DNA from: a virus
Virus record (IMG/VR): IMGVR_UViG_3300043485_000037
Span: 12,489-76,488 of that record
DNA length: 64,000 nucleotides
Strand: one strand, 5' to 3'
The translations under genes and the position numbers were made by a program. The notes under the pieces were generated by a model. The model was given only the letters and a program-made list of their open reading frames with translations. It did no database searches and was not told the origin of the DNA. This document shows positions 55,181-63,639 of this stretch, one piece after another. How positions within the stretch are numbered: the stretch's first letter is position 1; every line of letters begins with the position of its first letter.

Positions 55181-56026
55181 TTACTTGGCCGCCGGAGCCG
55201 GGGCCGTCTTGGCTTTGGCCGCTTTGGCCGCCTTCAGAGCCGCGATCTGCTCTGCCGGGGTCTTGCCCGCGGGCTTGGCTGCCGGAGCCGGAGCGGCCTT
55301 GGCCGTCGCGGTCTTCGGAGCTGGCTTCGCCGCGGCCGGTTTGGCTTCGATCTTCGGCTTCGCGGGAATCTGATCCTTCGTGAGCGGGGCCAGGACGAAG
55401 TCCTTGTGATACTTCGGGCGCACACCGCGATAGACGTTCAGCTTGATCGTCTGGTCGGAGCACTCCACGCCCTCCTTCTCGAACATCGCGCGAATCTCCG
55501 GAGTCGTCCAGGATCCACCCGATTCGCTGGCCAGCTTGCGCACGACCGCCGCGATCGAGAACCCGGTGTCCTTGAAGGTCCCGAGACTGCCGGCTCGGAT
55601 TCCGGGGGTGCCAGTGCCCTCTTTTTTGGCGCCCTTGGTGGAGGGCTTCTTCGTGGTGGATTTGGTTTTCATATCTTCGGCTGATTGTTGTTTACGGTTG
55701 TTGATGTGATCCGCGAGGCCCTGGCGACCAAGGCTCCGGGTGACTTGCACTAGTGAGTCCGGGCTGATGTTGATGCTGTCCTTGCCCGCCGCGAAGCGGA
55801 TGACCTTGTCGTCACCTTCCCGCGGGACAATGTTCGAATCTAACGGGGCTGCGCATGCGCGTGATTCGTTGAGGAACCACACCACGTATTCCACACCCTT
55901 CTCTCCCACATAGACGTCGCCGACGCGGAGCTTGTGCAGCCCTTCGTCATTGATCTTGCGGGAAATGGGGGCCGTGGTTTTCGCCGTCGCTGGGACGGTC
56001 GCCGCTGCTTTGTTGGATTCGTTCAT
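55181..56026 (-). CDS. DNA-binding protein with wHTH-like domain and histone-H1-like A/K/P tail
   Basis: WTTPEIRAMFEKEG...TIKLNV; tail KPAAAKPAPKTATAKAAPAP... Confidence 0.7.
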   Translation of the reverse strand: MNESNKAAATVPATAKTTAPISRKINDEGLHKLRVGDVYVGEKGVEYVVWFLNESRACAAPLDSNIVPREGDDKVIRFAAGKDSINISPDSLVQVTRSLGRQGLADHINNRKQQSAEDMKTKSTTKKPSTKGAKKEGTGTPGIRAGSLGTFKDTGFSIAAVVRKLASESGGSWTTPEIRAMFEKEGVECSDQTIKLNVYRGVRPKYHKDFVLAPLTKDQIPAKPKIEAKPAAAKPAPKTATAKAAPAPAAKPAGKTPAEQIAALKAAKAAKAKTAPAPAAK

Positions 56027-56081
56027 ATTCGTCTTTCTTTCTTAGTTCGTGGCCGGGGTTTCTTTTACCGGTCACTCATCA

Positions 56082-56144
56082 TGTGTATACTTAACGGCAC
56101 GGTGGCATTAAAAGTAAAGGAAAAATGTAAACAATTTTTTACTC
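56082..56144 (-). promoter_or_regulatory. phage promoter motif copy B
   Basis: TTGTTTACATTTT...TTTACT-N14-GCCGTTAA-N8-ATGATG. Confidence 0.7.
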
Positions 56145-56699
56145 TAGGATGGCCGCTAGGGAAGCGGGGTCCACAGTGCTCAGGAATTTGTCCAGCGTCA
56201 TCCCAACGAAATCATACGTCCCAAAACGATAGCGGAACACGGGCGGCTTGATCAACTCCGGCTGCCAGGAGTGCAGGGGCTGGTCCTTTAGGAGGCACCG
56301 GGCGGAGAAGAACGCCGTGGCCTTCCTCCGGTCCCGCTTGCAGATGAGCAGCCAGTCGTTCCCCACCTTGTCGGCGGCCGTCTTGGCTTGGTCCAGGGTG
56401 GCCAGGAAGGGATGGCAGGCGAGGGAGCCGGAGCAGTCGAGGAGGTCTCCGGGGTCTCCGTGGCTCCGGCCCCGCTTGAGCTCGACGGTGAACAACTTCA
56501 GAAGCGGCTGGCCGATGGGATCCAGTGCGCAGATGTCTCCGTCTCCCCCGGCCGTGCGGAGACCTTGCCGGAATCGCACCGTGGATCTGCCCCCGGACAT
56601 GGAGGACCTCCAGAAAATGTCATCGCGGCTGTCGTAGGTCCACCACTTCGACAACCGCTTGCAAATCTCCCGTTCAAAACTCGAACCCTTGCCGCTCAT
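56139..56699 (-). CDS. Holliday junction resolvase (Hjc-like PD-(D/E)XK)
   Basis: KGSSFEREI...GDI...VELKR. Confidence 0.85.
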   Translation of the reverse strand: MSGKGSSFEREICKRLSKWWTYDSRDDIFWRSSMSGGRSTVRFRQGLRTAGGDGDICALDPIGQPLLKLFTVELKRGRSHGDPGDLLDCSGSLACHPFLATLDQAKTAADKVGNDWLLICKRDRRKATAFFSARCLLKDQPLHSWQPELIKPPVFRYRFGTYDFVGMTLDKFLSTVDPASLAAILE

Positions 56700-57577
56700 C
56701 TTTCCTCTTTCAGCATCTTACGGTTGAACACAGGTGCGCGTCCAACCAAAGATTTGATGCCGAGACGGGAGCAGACGTCGTTCCATCCCTTCTGGCTGAT
56801 CTGCTCTGCGTCATCCCAGTCCGGAGTCGGGGTTGGCGGATCCGCCAGCGGCAGTTCAACCAAGCCCCGGTTCCGTTTCACGATCTCGGCGGAGCCTTCG
56901 GACATGATCGTCTTGTAGATGGCCGCGGTCTTGGGCAGTTGCTTCCTGATGAATTTCACGGCTGTGATCTCGCCGACTCCGGGGATGCCGGGGACCCCGT
57001 CGGTTTGGCAACCGGCCATCGCCTTGACCATGGCCCACTGCCAAGGTTGGATGCCGTAGGACTGCCGGAACCACTCCTCGGTGAGCAGCTTCCGTTTGTT
57101 CGGGCAATACATGAGGACGTTGGGAGCCAGCAGTTGATACATGTCCGCGTCGGAGGTCACGAGGATCACTTCGTCGTCCACCTCCGCGGTCTTGGCGATC
57201 TTGGCCATGATGTCGTCGCTCTCCCATCCCGGATAGTAGAAGATGTTGCGGAATCCAATCTGCCTCAGGTAGGAGCATCGCAGAGCGTCGATCTGGCGGC
57301 AGAGGTCTCCCCGCGCCTTGGTCTTCAGTGGATCCTCCTGCTCGTGGCGCCGCTTCTCCTTGTAGCCCCGGAAGAATATCTGGCGATATGATTGGGAGTC
57401 CTCGAAGCAGAACGCGATGCGGTCGGTCTGGAAGGTCTCCTTCAGGAACCCGATCTGCTTCAGGAATCCGTAGATGACCCCGGTCGCGATGCCGTGAAAG
57501 CTGAGGTCCTTCTGGGCGTGGAAGGCTCGGTGGCAAAGATAGTGGCAATCCAAAATTAACAGGGGCTTTGGCTTCAT
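56696..57577 (-). CDS. 5'-3' exonuclease (FEN/RNase H, PolI N-terminal type)
   Basis: ILDCHYLCHRAFH, ESDDIMA, TSDADMYQL, DGVPGIPGVGEITA. Confidence 0.9.
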   Translation of the reverse strand: MKPKPLLILDCHYLCHRAFHAQKDLSFHGIATGVIYGFLKQIGFLKETFQTDRIAFCFEDSQSYRQIFFRGYKEKRRHEQEDPLKTKARGDLCRQIDALRCSYLRQIGFRNIFYYPGWESDDIMAKIAKTAEVDDEVILVTSDADMYQLLAPNVLMYCPNKRKLLTEEWFRQSYGIQPWQWAMVKAMAGCQTDGVPGIPGVGEITAVKFIRKQLPKTAAIYKTIMSEGSAEIVKRNRGLVELPLADPPTPTPDWDDAEQISQKGWNDVCSRLGIKSLVGRAPVFNRKMLKEER

Positions 57578-58053
57578 ACTTTGCATTTTCTCCCGTGCTT
57601 CCAACCTGGGTGACGTTTTCCTCTCAACGATCTTCCCTTCTTGACCATGTCGTCCGAGTTGTCTTGATGGGTTCCTAAAAATAAATGCTTCTGGTTGCAG
57701 CAGAGAGTGTTGTCGCATTTGTGGCATACCAAGAGTCCCTTCGGGACTTCTCCGTTCACAAATTGCCAAGCTGCTTTCGCGGCTGCGTTTCCTTGGACGT
57801 TTCCTCGTTGGTTCCGGCCTGAATAACCAATCCAATTCCAGCATTCGTTTTTAGATCCGATCTGAACTCTGGCCCAGAATCTCCTCTCTGCGTCCACTGT
57901 TTTCCTCCAGATGCAATGACATCTTCTTGTGCAGGTTCGTCCTTTGGCCTGGCTTGGGAGGTAAAAGAAGATCCGCCGGCAAACTACACAGCGAGCTTTC
58001 TTCGATCGGTAGGAGGTTGGTTTGGCCCTCGACTGATAGTGTGGTTTGTTCAT
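57574..58053 (-). CDS. free-standing HNH endonuclease
   Basis: CWNW...VCHKCDNTLCCNQKHLFLGTHQDN; lower GC. Confidence 0.88.
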   Translation of the reverse strand: MNKPHYQSRAKPTSYRSKKARCVVCRRIFFYLPSQAKGRTCTRRCHCIWRKTVDAERRFWARVQIGSKNECWNWIGYSGRNQRGNVQGNAAAKAAWQFVNGEVPKGLLVCHKCDNTLCCNQKHLFLGTHQDNSDDMVKKGRSLRGKRHPGWKHGRKCKV

Positions 58054-58244
58054 GCTGGGAAGGATCGTTCGCCGTCTTGGTCATCGACGAGCATCAGGAG
58101 TTTGTTCAAGGTGTCCGGATGGACGAAAAGTCTGCGGGTCGCAAGGTCCGGCACGCAGAGGCCGGGCGGAATGGACTTCAGGGGAGTCAGCTTTAGGCCG
58201 AACGTGTGGTCGACCTCAAGGGTTCCTGTCATTGTTATCTTCAT
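58050..58244 (-). CDS. hypothetical protein
   Basis: 64 aa, ATGA overlap. Confidence 0.5.
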   Translation of the reverse strand: MKITMTGTLEVDHTFGLKLTPLKSIPPGLCVPDLATRRLFVHPDTLNKLLMLVDDQDGERSFPA

Positions 58245-58884
58245 TTTGCTTCCGTTCCAATCCCCACGAATAAGGTAGCACGCGATCGTTCCATTCTCCA
58301 GTCACTTCCATAAATTTGTACAGCATGTAGTAGGCGAGGGACCGGATGTGGGGCGGGTAGTCGACCACCTTCCCGGTGGTCTTTTCTAGCGCGTGAAGCA
58401 TGGGACCTCCTCCCCCGAATTCAATCTCCTCGGCCTTGGCGTCGTCGAAGGCTTGGTCGGTGATGATCGGAGTCTTGTTCACGTGGTAAAGATAGTGGTG
58501 GGCCAGGACCTGGTCGGAGACTGGAGCCAGGGACTTCATCTGGTTGAACGTGATGCGCCCATAGTAGTCCGGGCAGATTTCGTTCGGGGTCCGGGCCAGC
58601 ATCTTGGCGGTGTGGGCCGTGGGGACCCCGGCGTCGTGGTGCTTCTGGATGATCTGCAGCTCAAGTTGGGTCATCTTCATGCCGACCCTCGTCTTTCTTC
58701 TCCCGTAGGGGATGTATGGCTCGTCGGGATAAAACGTGGGCCGGAACTGGGCCTTGATGAAAGCCTCGTCCCGGCCCAGTTCTTCGGCTATCGCCCTGGA
58801 GGTCCAACCGTCCAGGACGAGATCCATGAATTGGTCCCGCTCCTTCCACGTCCACTTATGCCTCGCCCTGTCCATACGTGGCAA
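58216..58884 (-). CDS. HTH/Myb-like domains fused to a LigA domain-Ia-like (Nlig-Ia) module
   Basis: KWTWKE...AIAEELGR; QVLAHHYLYHVNKTPIITDQAFD. Confidence 0.6.
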   Translation of the reverse strand: MPRMDRARHKWTWKERDQFMDLVLDGWTSRAIAEELGRDEAFIKAQFRPTFYPDEPYIPYGRRKTRVGMKMTQLELQIIQKHHDAGVPTAHTAKMLARTPNEICPDYYGRITFNQMKSLAPVSDQVLAHHYLYHVNKTPIITDQAFDDAKAEEIEFGGGGPMLHALEKTTGKVVDYPPHIRSLAYYMLYKFMEVTGEWNDRVLPYSWGLERKQNEDNNDRNP

Positions 58885-59176
58885 TGTTCCAGTCGGTCGT
58901 GAGGAAGTGGGGAGGGAGGACGGCCAGGCAGGAGAGGAAGATGCACCCGCCTTTGACCAACACGGCCAGTTCTTCGTCCGTCGGCTTCCATGCGGTCACG
59001 ATGAAGTTGGCTCCGTCGAGGTTGCTGCCCGGAGGGACCTCGCCGGCGAAGACGAGCTGGGTGAATCCGGATGACACCGCATTCTTATAGGCATGGATGG
59101 AGAACACCTGGGTGTGGTCCAGGTCGGACGGAGGATGGAACACCGCGTTGGATAGTGGGGGTTTGACGGGAATCAT
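58856..59176 (-). CDS. hypothetical protein
   Basis: WKPTDEELAVL..GG.IFL...PP conserved phage motif. Confidence 0.65.
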   Translation of the reverse strand: MIPVKPPLSNAVFHPPSDLDHTQVFSIHAYKNAVSSGFTQLVFAGEVPPGSNLDGANFIVTAWKPTDEELAVLVKGGCIFLSCLAVLPPHFLTTDWNIATYGQGEA

Positions 59177-59409
59177 ATTTCGTAGTCAGCTTCGTTCCGG
59201 TCCCGGAGGAACAGAACCACTTCGCAGTTGAGCGCGTCCGCAATCCTTTGGACCATGTTCAGACCGGGCTCGTGGTCTCCGTTCAGCATCCGGGAGAGAG
59301 ACCCGCGGGGCAGTGGAGGTTTGGTGCGGTCCGCCACCTGCTTGATCATCAGCCTCTTCTTGCGAATGACCCGGACGACCTCCGACTTGAATTGATCCGA
59401 CGCGTTCAT
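59173..59409 (-). CDS. XRE/Cro-type HTH regulator
   Basis: IKQVADR...RGSLSRMLNG...PGL..VQRIADAL. Confidence 0.8.
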   Translation of the reverse strand: MNASDQFKSEVVRVIRKKRLMIKQVADRTKPPLPRGSLSRMLNGDHEPGLNMVQRIADALNCEVVLFLRDRNEADYEI

Positions 59410-60497
59410 TCATACCGCTTCCGTCTGTTGACCAACTCGCATTCGTGCTCGATCTCGGCCCAGACCTTCGCGGCCATGTCCTGGAAGAGTTCGTATGCGT
59501 TCTGCTCCTCGATCAAGGAGATGATTTGGCCACGGGTCCCGGAGAAGCCCTCGATGTCCGGGACCTTGTAGCATTTGCGCTTCTTCTCGTCGAGCCCGGA
59601 CTCCTTCAGGACGTTCTCCGCGATCAGGAAGTCCACCGTGGCTCCGATGTCGTCGATGCCATAGCTGTAGTAGATCGGGATGACCGCGGACCTCTCCTTG
59701 CCCACCTTGCCCGTGACCCGGTTCTTGCGGACCGTGACGATGCAGTTGGATCCCACCACGCGGGGCTTGCCCCGGACGATCTTCTTGATTGGGATGCCGA
59801 CGGTGGATTGCATCACGATGTTGGCATAGAAGTCGATGGACTTGCCGCCGCCCTTGGTTTTCTTGTCCCCGTAACCAAAGGCGTTGGGATTCTCCCGGCT
59901 CTGGCCGATCATCCACAAGATGGAGCCGGTGCGTCGGAGAGCCGCGAGGACCCACCGGATGTTCTCGGAGTGATACTTGGCTTTGTCCATCCCCATGGAG
60001 CCGGCGGCGTCCTGGCCTTCCTCCGCGGCCTTCTTCTGCTTGGCGAACTTCCGGAGAGCCGCAGACGCAATCAGGGCGTCCTGGGAGTCGCAGACGATGA
60101 GGCACTTTTTCTTGGCTTTCACCAGCAGGTCCCACAAGAGCCGGTAGAAGTCCTCGATCGTTTCCACGTTGTCGTGCCATTGCAACTTGGAGGCCACCTT
60201 CGGTCCGAAGAATTTGTGGATGTCCATCATGGCCCCACCCTCCGCATTTATGAAATGAATCTCATACTTGGAGAAGTGGGGTGCGATCTGGGCCTCGGCG
60301 AAGCACGTCATGGTCAAGAACGTCTTGCCGGACTGGGAGTCGCCCCACAGAAAGTAGAAGCCCCCGGCGATCAGCCCCCAGTATGGCGTGTCGCTGCAGG
60401 CCAGGTTGAGCATCGTGTTCCCCGTCGACAGGCCGGTCTTTTCATTCAGCTCGAAGCGGGGCCTTTTCTTCAGCAGTTCCTTCTTGGCGTCAATCAT
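59406..60497 (-). CDS. RecA/UvsX-like recombinase
   Basis: STGNTMLN, GDSQSGKT, IVCDS, GGKSIDFYA. Confidence 0.9.
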   Translation of the reverse strand: MIDAKKELLKKRPRFELNEKTGLSTGNTMLNLACSDTPYWGLIAGGFYFLWGDSQSGKTFLTMTCFAEAQIAPHFSKYEIHFINAEGGAMMDIHKFFGPKVASKLQWHDNVETIEDFYRLLWDLLVKAKKKCLIVCDSQDALIASAALRKFAKQKKAAEEGQDAAGSMGMDKAKYHSENIRWVLAALRRTGSILWMIGQSRENPNAFGYGDKKTKGGGKSIDFYANIVMQSTVGIPIKKIVRGKPRVVGSNCIVTVRKNRVTGKVGKERSAVIPIYYSYGIDDIGATVDFLIAENVLKESGLDEKKRKCYKVPDIEGFSGTRGQIISLIEEQNAYELFQDMAAKVWAEIEHECELVNRRKRYE

Positions 60498-60511
60498 AGG
60501 ACAAACAAAGG

Positions 60512-60543
60512 GAGGACCGGAGCCATAGCGAACCCCGGTCCTC
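60512..60543 (-). terminator. hairpin between SSB and recombinase genes (weak terminator or processing site)
   Basis: GAGGACCGG/CCGGTCCTC stem followed by CCTTTGTTTG. Confidence 0.4.
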
Positions 60544-60559
60544 GGTTGGGTGTCTCAGA

Positions 60560-61918
60560 TCACCGGCGGGGAGCAGGGCGCGCTGCTGGCCGTGCCGCCG
60601 GTTTGGGTGCGGGTCTCGCGGCTGGTCGGGCCGCGGGCCGGGCAGGTGCAGCTGCCGGACGCGCCGCGGGTTTGGCTGCCGGGCGCCGCGGAGGAGGTGC
60701 GGGTGCTTCCTCCTCGGGTTCGGGGTCCGGTGATTCTTCTTCGCCTTCGGCCGGGGCCTCGCCCTCACCGAACGCATTCCAATCGGTGGGTTGCTCCTCC
60801 GGTTCCGGCGGTGGGGCCGCGGGTCTCCGGGCTGCCGGCTTGGCTGCCGGTTTGGCGGCTGGCTTGGCCGGCGGCTTTCCACCCTTCGGCGGTGCTGCGC
60901 GGCGAGGTGGAGGCGGCGGGGCTTCTTCCTCGGCCGGTTGCTCTTCAAAGCCTTCCTGGCCTTCCTCAGCCGGGACTTCCTCGCCCTCCGCGGGTTGGTC
61001 CTCGAAGCCTTCGGCAGGCGCTTCCTCTCCGTCCGCGGGGACCTCCTCGCCTTCGGCCGGTTGCTCCTCGAATCCCTCGGTTCCCTCCTCTGCGGGCAAC
61101 TCTTCGGAACCCTCGGCTGCTTCCTCGTATTGGGCCTCCTCGCCCTCGGGCATCTCCTCTCCCTCTGCCGGGACCTCTTCACCCTCCTGAGGGGTGGGTG
61201 CTCCATGCATTTGGGTGATCTTGTCGTATGTATAGAAGATCAGGAGCGAATCCAACTTGTGGCCCTTGTCGATGACTTGCTCCGGCACGTTAGGCCGGGG
61301 AGTGAAGTCGACGCGGGTGGCCAGCAGGAAGGGCCGGGAGTTCCGACCCATGCTCTTCTCGCCGAACGAGACGTTCAGGATTTGGCCTCCGACCGGGTGC
61401 CAGAAGTTCCCCAGCTTCTGCTCCGGACCTCCAGCCGCGACGGCTTCGGCAATTTCGTTGCTGAATCGGTGGTAGGAGGTGATCAGGAACTGGATCTTGG
61501 GCGTCTTGTCGCTCCGGTCCCGGACCTGCATGAAGTCCCATTCTTTGGGCTTCAAGTCCTGGATGGCTTTATACGCTTCGTCGTCGGGGTTCATCCGCAT
61601 CTGGCGGTTGTAGTCCTCGCAGATCGGGCACGGCTTGTTCAGCATCTTGGCCGGACAGAGGATGGCGTCGCGGTTTGGTCCCACGTTTCGGTGGACCCAC
61701 AACGTGCGCTTCCACGTGAGGAAGCCCGGCTGCGCATCCGGGTTCCCTTTGCCGGCGACGTATGGAATGATGTCCAGCTTCGCCTTGCCCAACTTCATCT
61801 TGTAAACCTGAACACCGGGGGGCAACTTGAGGACGGTCTTCGTGAATCCCATGGACTCCCGATCCATCCAATTGTTCCCAGTGGCCAGCTGATACTTACC
61901 TTGCTTCAATATTGCCAT
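60560..61918 (-). CDS. T4 gp32-like single-stranded DNA-binding protein with long disordered tail
   Basis: LDIIPY...HRNVG...CP.....PCPICE; adjacent to RecA and UvsY-like genes. Confidence 0.75.
   Translation of the reverse strand: MAILKQGKYQLATGNNWMDRESMGFTKTVLKLPPGVQVYKMKLGKAKLDIIPYVAGKGNPDAQPGFLTWKRTLWVHRNVGPNRDAILCPAKMLNKPCPICEDYNRQMRMNPDDEAYKAIQDLKPKEWDFMQVRDRSDKTPKIQFLITSYHRFSNEIAEAVAAGGPEQKLGNFWHPVGGQILNVSFGEKSMGRNSRPFLLATRVDFTPRPNVPEQVIDKGHKLDSLLIFYTYDKITQMHGAPTPQEGEEVPAEGEEMPEGEEAQYEEAAEGSEELPAEEGTEGFEEQPAEGEEVPADGEEAPAEGFEDQPAEGEEVPAEEGQEGFEEQPAEEEAPPPPPRRAAPPKGGKPPAKPAAKPAAKPAARRPAAPPPEPEEQPTDWNAFGEGEAPAEGEEESPDPEPEEEAPAPPPRRPAAKPAARPAAAPARPAARPAARPAPKPAARPAARPAPRR
60570..61190 (-). 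repeat. imperfect coding repeats (EEVPAEGEE acidic; PAAKPAARP basic)
   Basis: Recurrent CCTCGCCCTC/GGCTGCCGG units. Confidence 0.75.
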
Positions 61919-61922
61919 ATGG

Positions 61923-62465
61923 TTATTCTTCTTTGTCGTCTTGTCGTTGTTTCCAGGGCATCGGTTTGGCTATGCGCTGCCGCGAAATCTGATCCAATGT
62001 TTGCTTCCCGGCTCCGGAGGGCCGGACCTGGGCGAACCATCCCGCCGCGTGAAGATCCACCAAGTTGCTCAGGGCCCGCTTCTTGTAGTCCATCGCGGTC
62101 ACGAGGACCTTCTCCATTGCGTGCTTGTATTCGAGGTCCCGTATCTTCTTTTCGAGGGCTCTGATCTTTGGATCCATGCAGGCTATCTCCTTGATGGATG
62201 CCTCGGAGAACTTGTCGAGCCCGAACTTGTCTGGAGGAGAGTTGCGGATGGCCAGGTTGACCTCCGCCTGCTTGACGTGCAGCTCGGCCCGGACTTCCTC
62301 GATGTCCCTGGCCGTCTCCCCGGCTTGCCAGGCGGCTTGGTGGAATTGGGCCGGGAGCCGGACGCATTCCTTGTCCAGCTCGTGCTCGTTGATGTGAATG
62401 ATGGACACCGAGGAATCCTTGGGGGAGGAGGACTTCGGCGCCGCAGGTCTCACGTCTTGTTTCAT
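61923..62465 (-). CDS. UvsY-like recombination mediator
   Basis: INEHELDKECVRLPAQF...coiled coil...KKRALSNLV.L...WF. Confidence 0.6.
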   Translation of the reverse strand: MKQDVRPAAPKSSSPKDSSVSIIHINEHELDKECVRLPAQFHQAAWQAGETARDIEEVRAELHVKQAEVNLAIRNSPPDKFGLDKFSEASIKEIACMDPKIRALEKKIRDLEYKHAMEKVLVTAMDYKKRALSNLVDLHAAGWFAQVRPSGAGKQTLDQISRQRIAKPMPWKQRQDDKEE

Positions 62466-62487
62466 TCGGTTTATAGTCGTCGCCCGC

Positions 62488-63153
62488 TCACAGCTTCTTG
62501 CGGGCCGTGATGTGCTGGTTAACGCTCTCGTCGTAGCCAATGGCCGGGACCGCTTTGTCCTTCCGGTCCTGCGCCTGCTGGTCGGAATATGACCCGGTGG
62601 AGAAACGGCCCGTGTCGGCGTCGGCCAGCTTCTTGTAGTTGGCTTCGAGGACCTCCTCCAGGGTCAGGTCGAAGTATTGGAGGATCGCGTTGAAGTGCCC
62701 CTCCATCTCGTCGAGGAGTTCCACGCAGACTGCGTCCAGGCTCTTGCCTTCATACTTTTTGTCCGGGTCGACTCGGCTCTTGCGATAGATGACGATCCGC
62801 TTCACCGGGTCCCAGTAGTGGCCCCCGAGCCGCATCAGTTGCACGCAGTTCGCTTGGGGATGGTTCAGGTTGCTTTTATTTCCGTGCCACTTCCGATTGA
62901 AGAAGTTGGAGCACTTGTGAAGATAGAAGGCGTAGTCGCCCAGCTCCTCGATCAGGTCCTGCCGTCCGGGATCCGATTCGGGCTCCAGGTATTCCCGGAT
63001 GGCGTCGAAGAGTTCCGAGGCCTCGCCCGGCAAGCAACCTCCCATATGGCTGAAGTCGCAGTCCCAAGGGGTCAGTGATTTGAGAATGGATTCACCCGGT
63101 TTTGCAAGGCGAAGGACCATCTCCCGATGTTTTTGAATGATTTCGTTGTTCAT
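62488..63153 (-). CDS. MazG-like nucleotide pyrophosphohydrolase
   Basis: GEASELFDAI, LIEELGD, NYKKL...RF..GSYSDQQAQDRKDK. Confidence 0.8.
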   Translation of the reverse strand: MNNEIIQKHREMVLRLAKPGESILKSLTPWDCDFSHMGGCLPGEASELFDAIREYLEPESDPGRQDLIEELGDYAFYLHKCSNFFNRKWHGNKSNLNHPQANCVQLMRLGGHYWDPVKRIVIYRKSRVDPDKKYEGKSLDAVCVELLDEMEGHFNAILQYFDLTLEEVLEANYKKLADADTGRFSTGSYSDQQAQDRKDKAVPAIGYDESVNQHITARKKL

Positions 63154-63638
63154 GTTATGCTTCTCGTGCTTTCCAATCTTCCTTGTTGTCGCCCAGCCGC
63201 TTGTCCATGTCCTTTTTCGCTCTCCGGCATCATATGCCCGAACGCGGCCATGCGGTGATAGAAACGGAGCCACCAAGCCCGAGTCTCCGGGACCGGGTGC
63301 TTGTAGCCCAGTATCTCGGCTGCCTGCGCCAAGTGGAAATGGAAGTGGAGGGGAATCTCGTCACCAGATTCGATGTAGAGGTCTCCTGCGTGGTCGATGT
63401 CCCGAACTCCTTCCGTCTTGCAGGGACCCATGAAGCTGCCTCCCCGTGGATCCATGGGATCGCCGAGGACGCACTTGTCGAAGGCCGAGACGAGATAGCA
63501 TCTCCGGAGCCACCGGCAGAGAGTCTTCACCGGGTGCATCTTCTTCAATCCGTCCGGAGCCCGCGTGGCCGTGAGGAGGACCGTCTGCTGCATCAAAGAC
63601 AGCTCCATCACCCAGTCTTGCAATACTGATCGTTTCAT
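63150..63638 (-). CDS. conserved phage hypothetical protein (C-terminus probably frameshifted at A5)
   Basis: SVLQDWV..L.LMQQ.VLL...R.PDG; alternative frame gives EKDMDKRLGD. Confidence 0.65.
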   Translation of the reverse strand: MKRSVLQDWVMELSLMQQTVLLTATRAPDGLKKMHPVKTLCRWLRRCYLVSAFDKCVLGDPMDPRGGSFMGPCKTEGVRDIDHAGDLYIESGDEIPLHFHFHLAQAAEILGYKHPVPETRAWWLRFYHRMAAFGHMMPESEKGHGQAAGRQQGRLESTRSIT

Positions 63639-63639
63639 A

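Noticed and set aside
59173-59409. XRE HTH as evidence of a lysogeny switch
   Set aside because: No integrase, divergent cI/cro pair or att-like site in the window, so lifestyle cannot be called
60570-61190. Repeats as a possible CRISPR array or DGR
   Set aside because: Imperfect in-frame coding repeats with no constant repeat-spacer period; no cas or reverse transcriptase gene in the window
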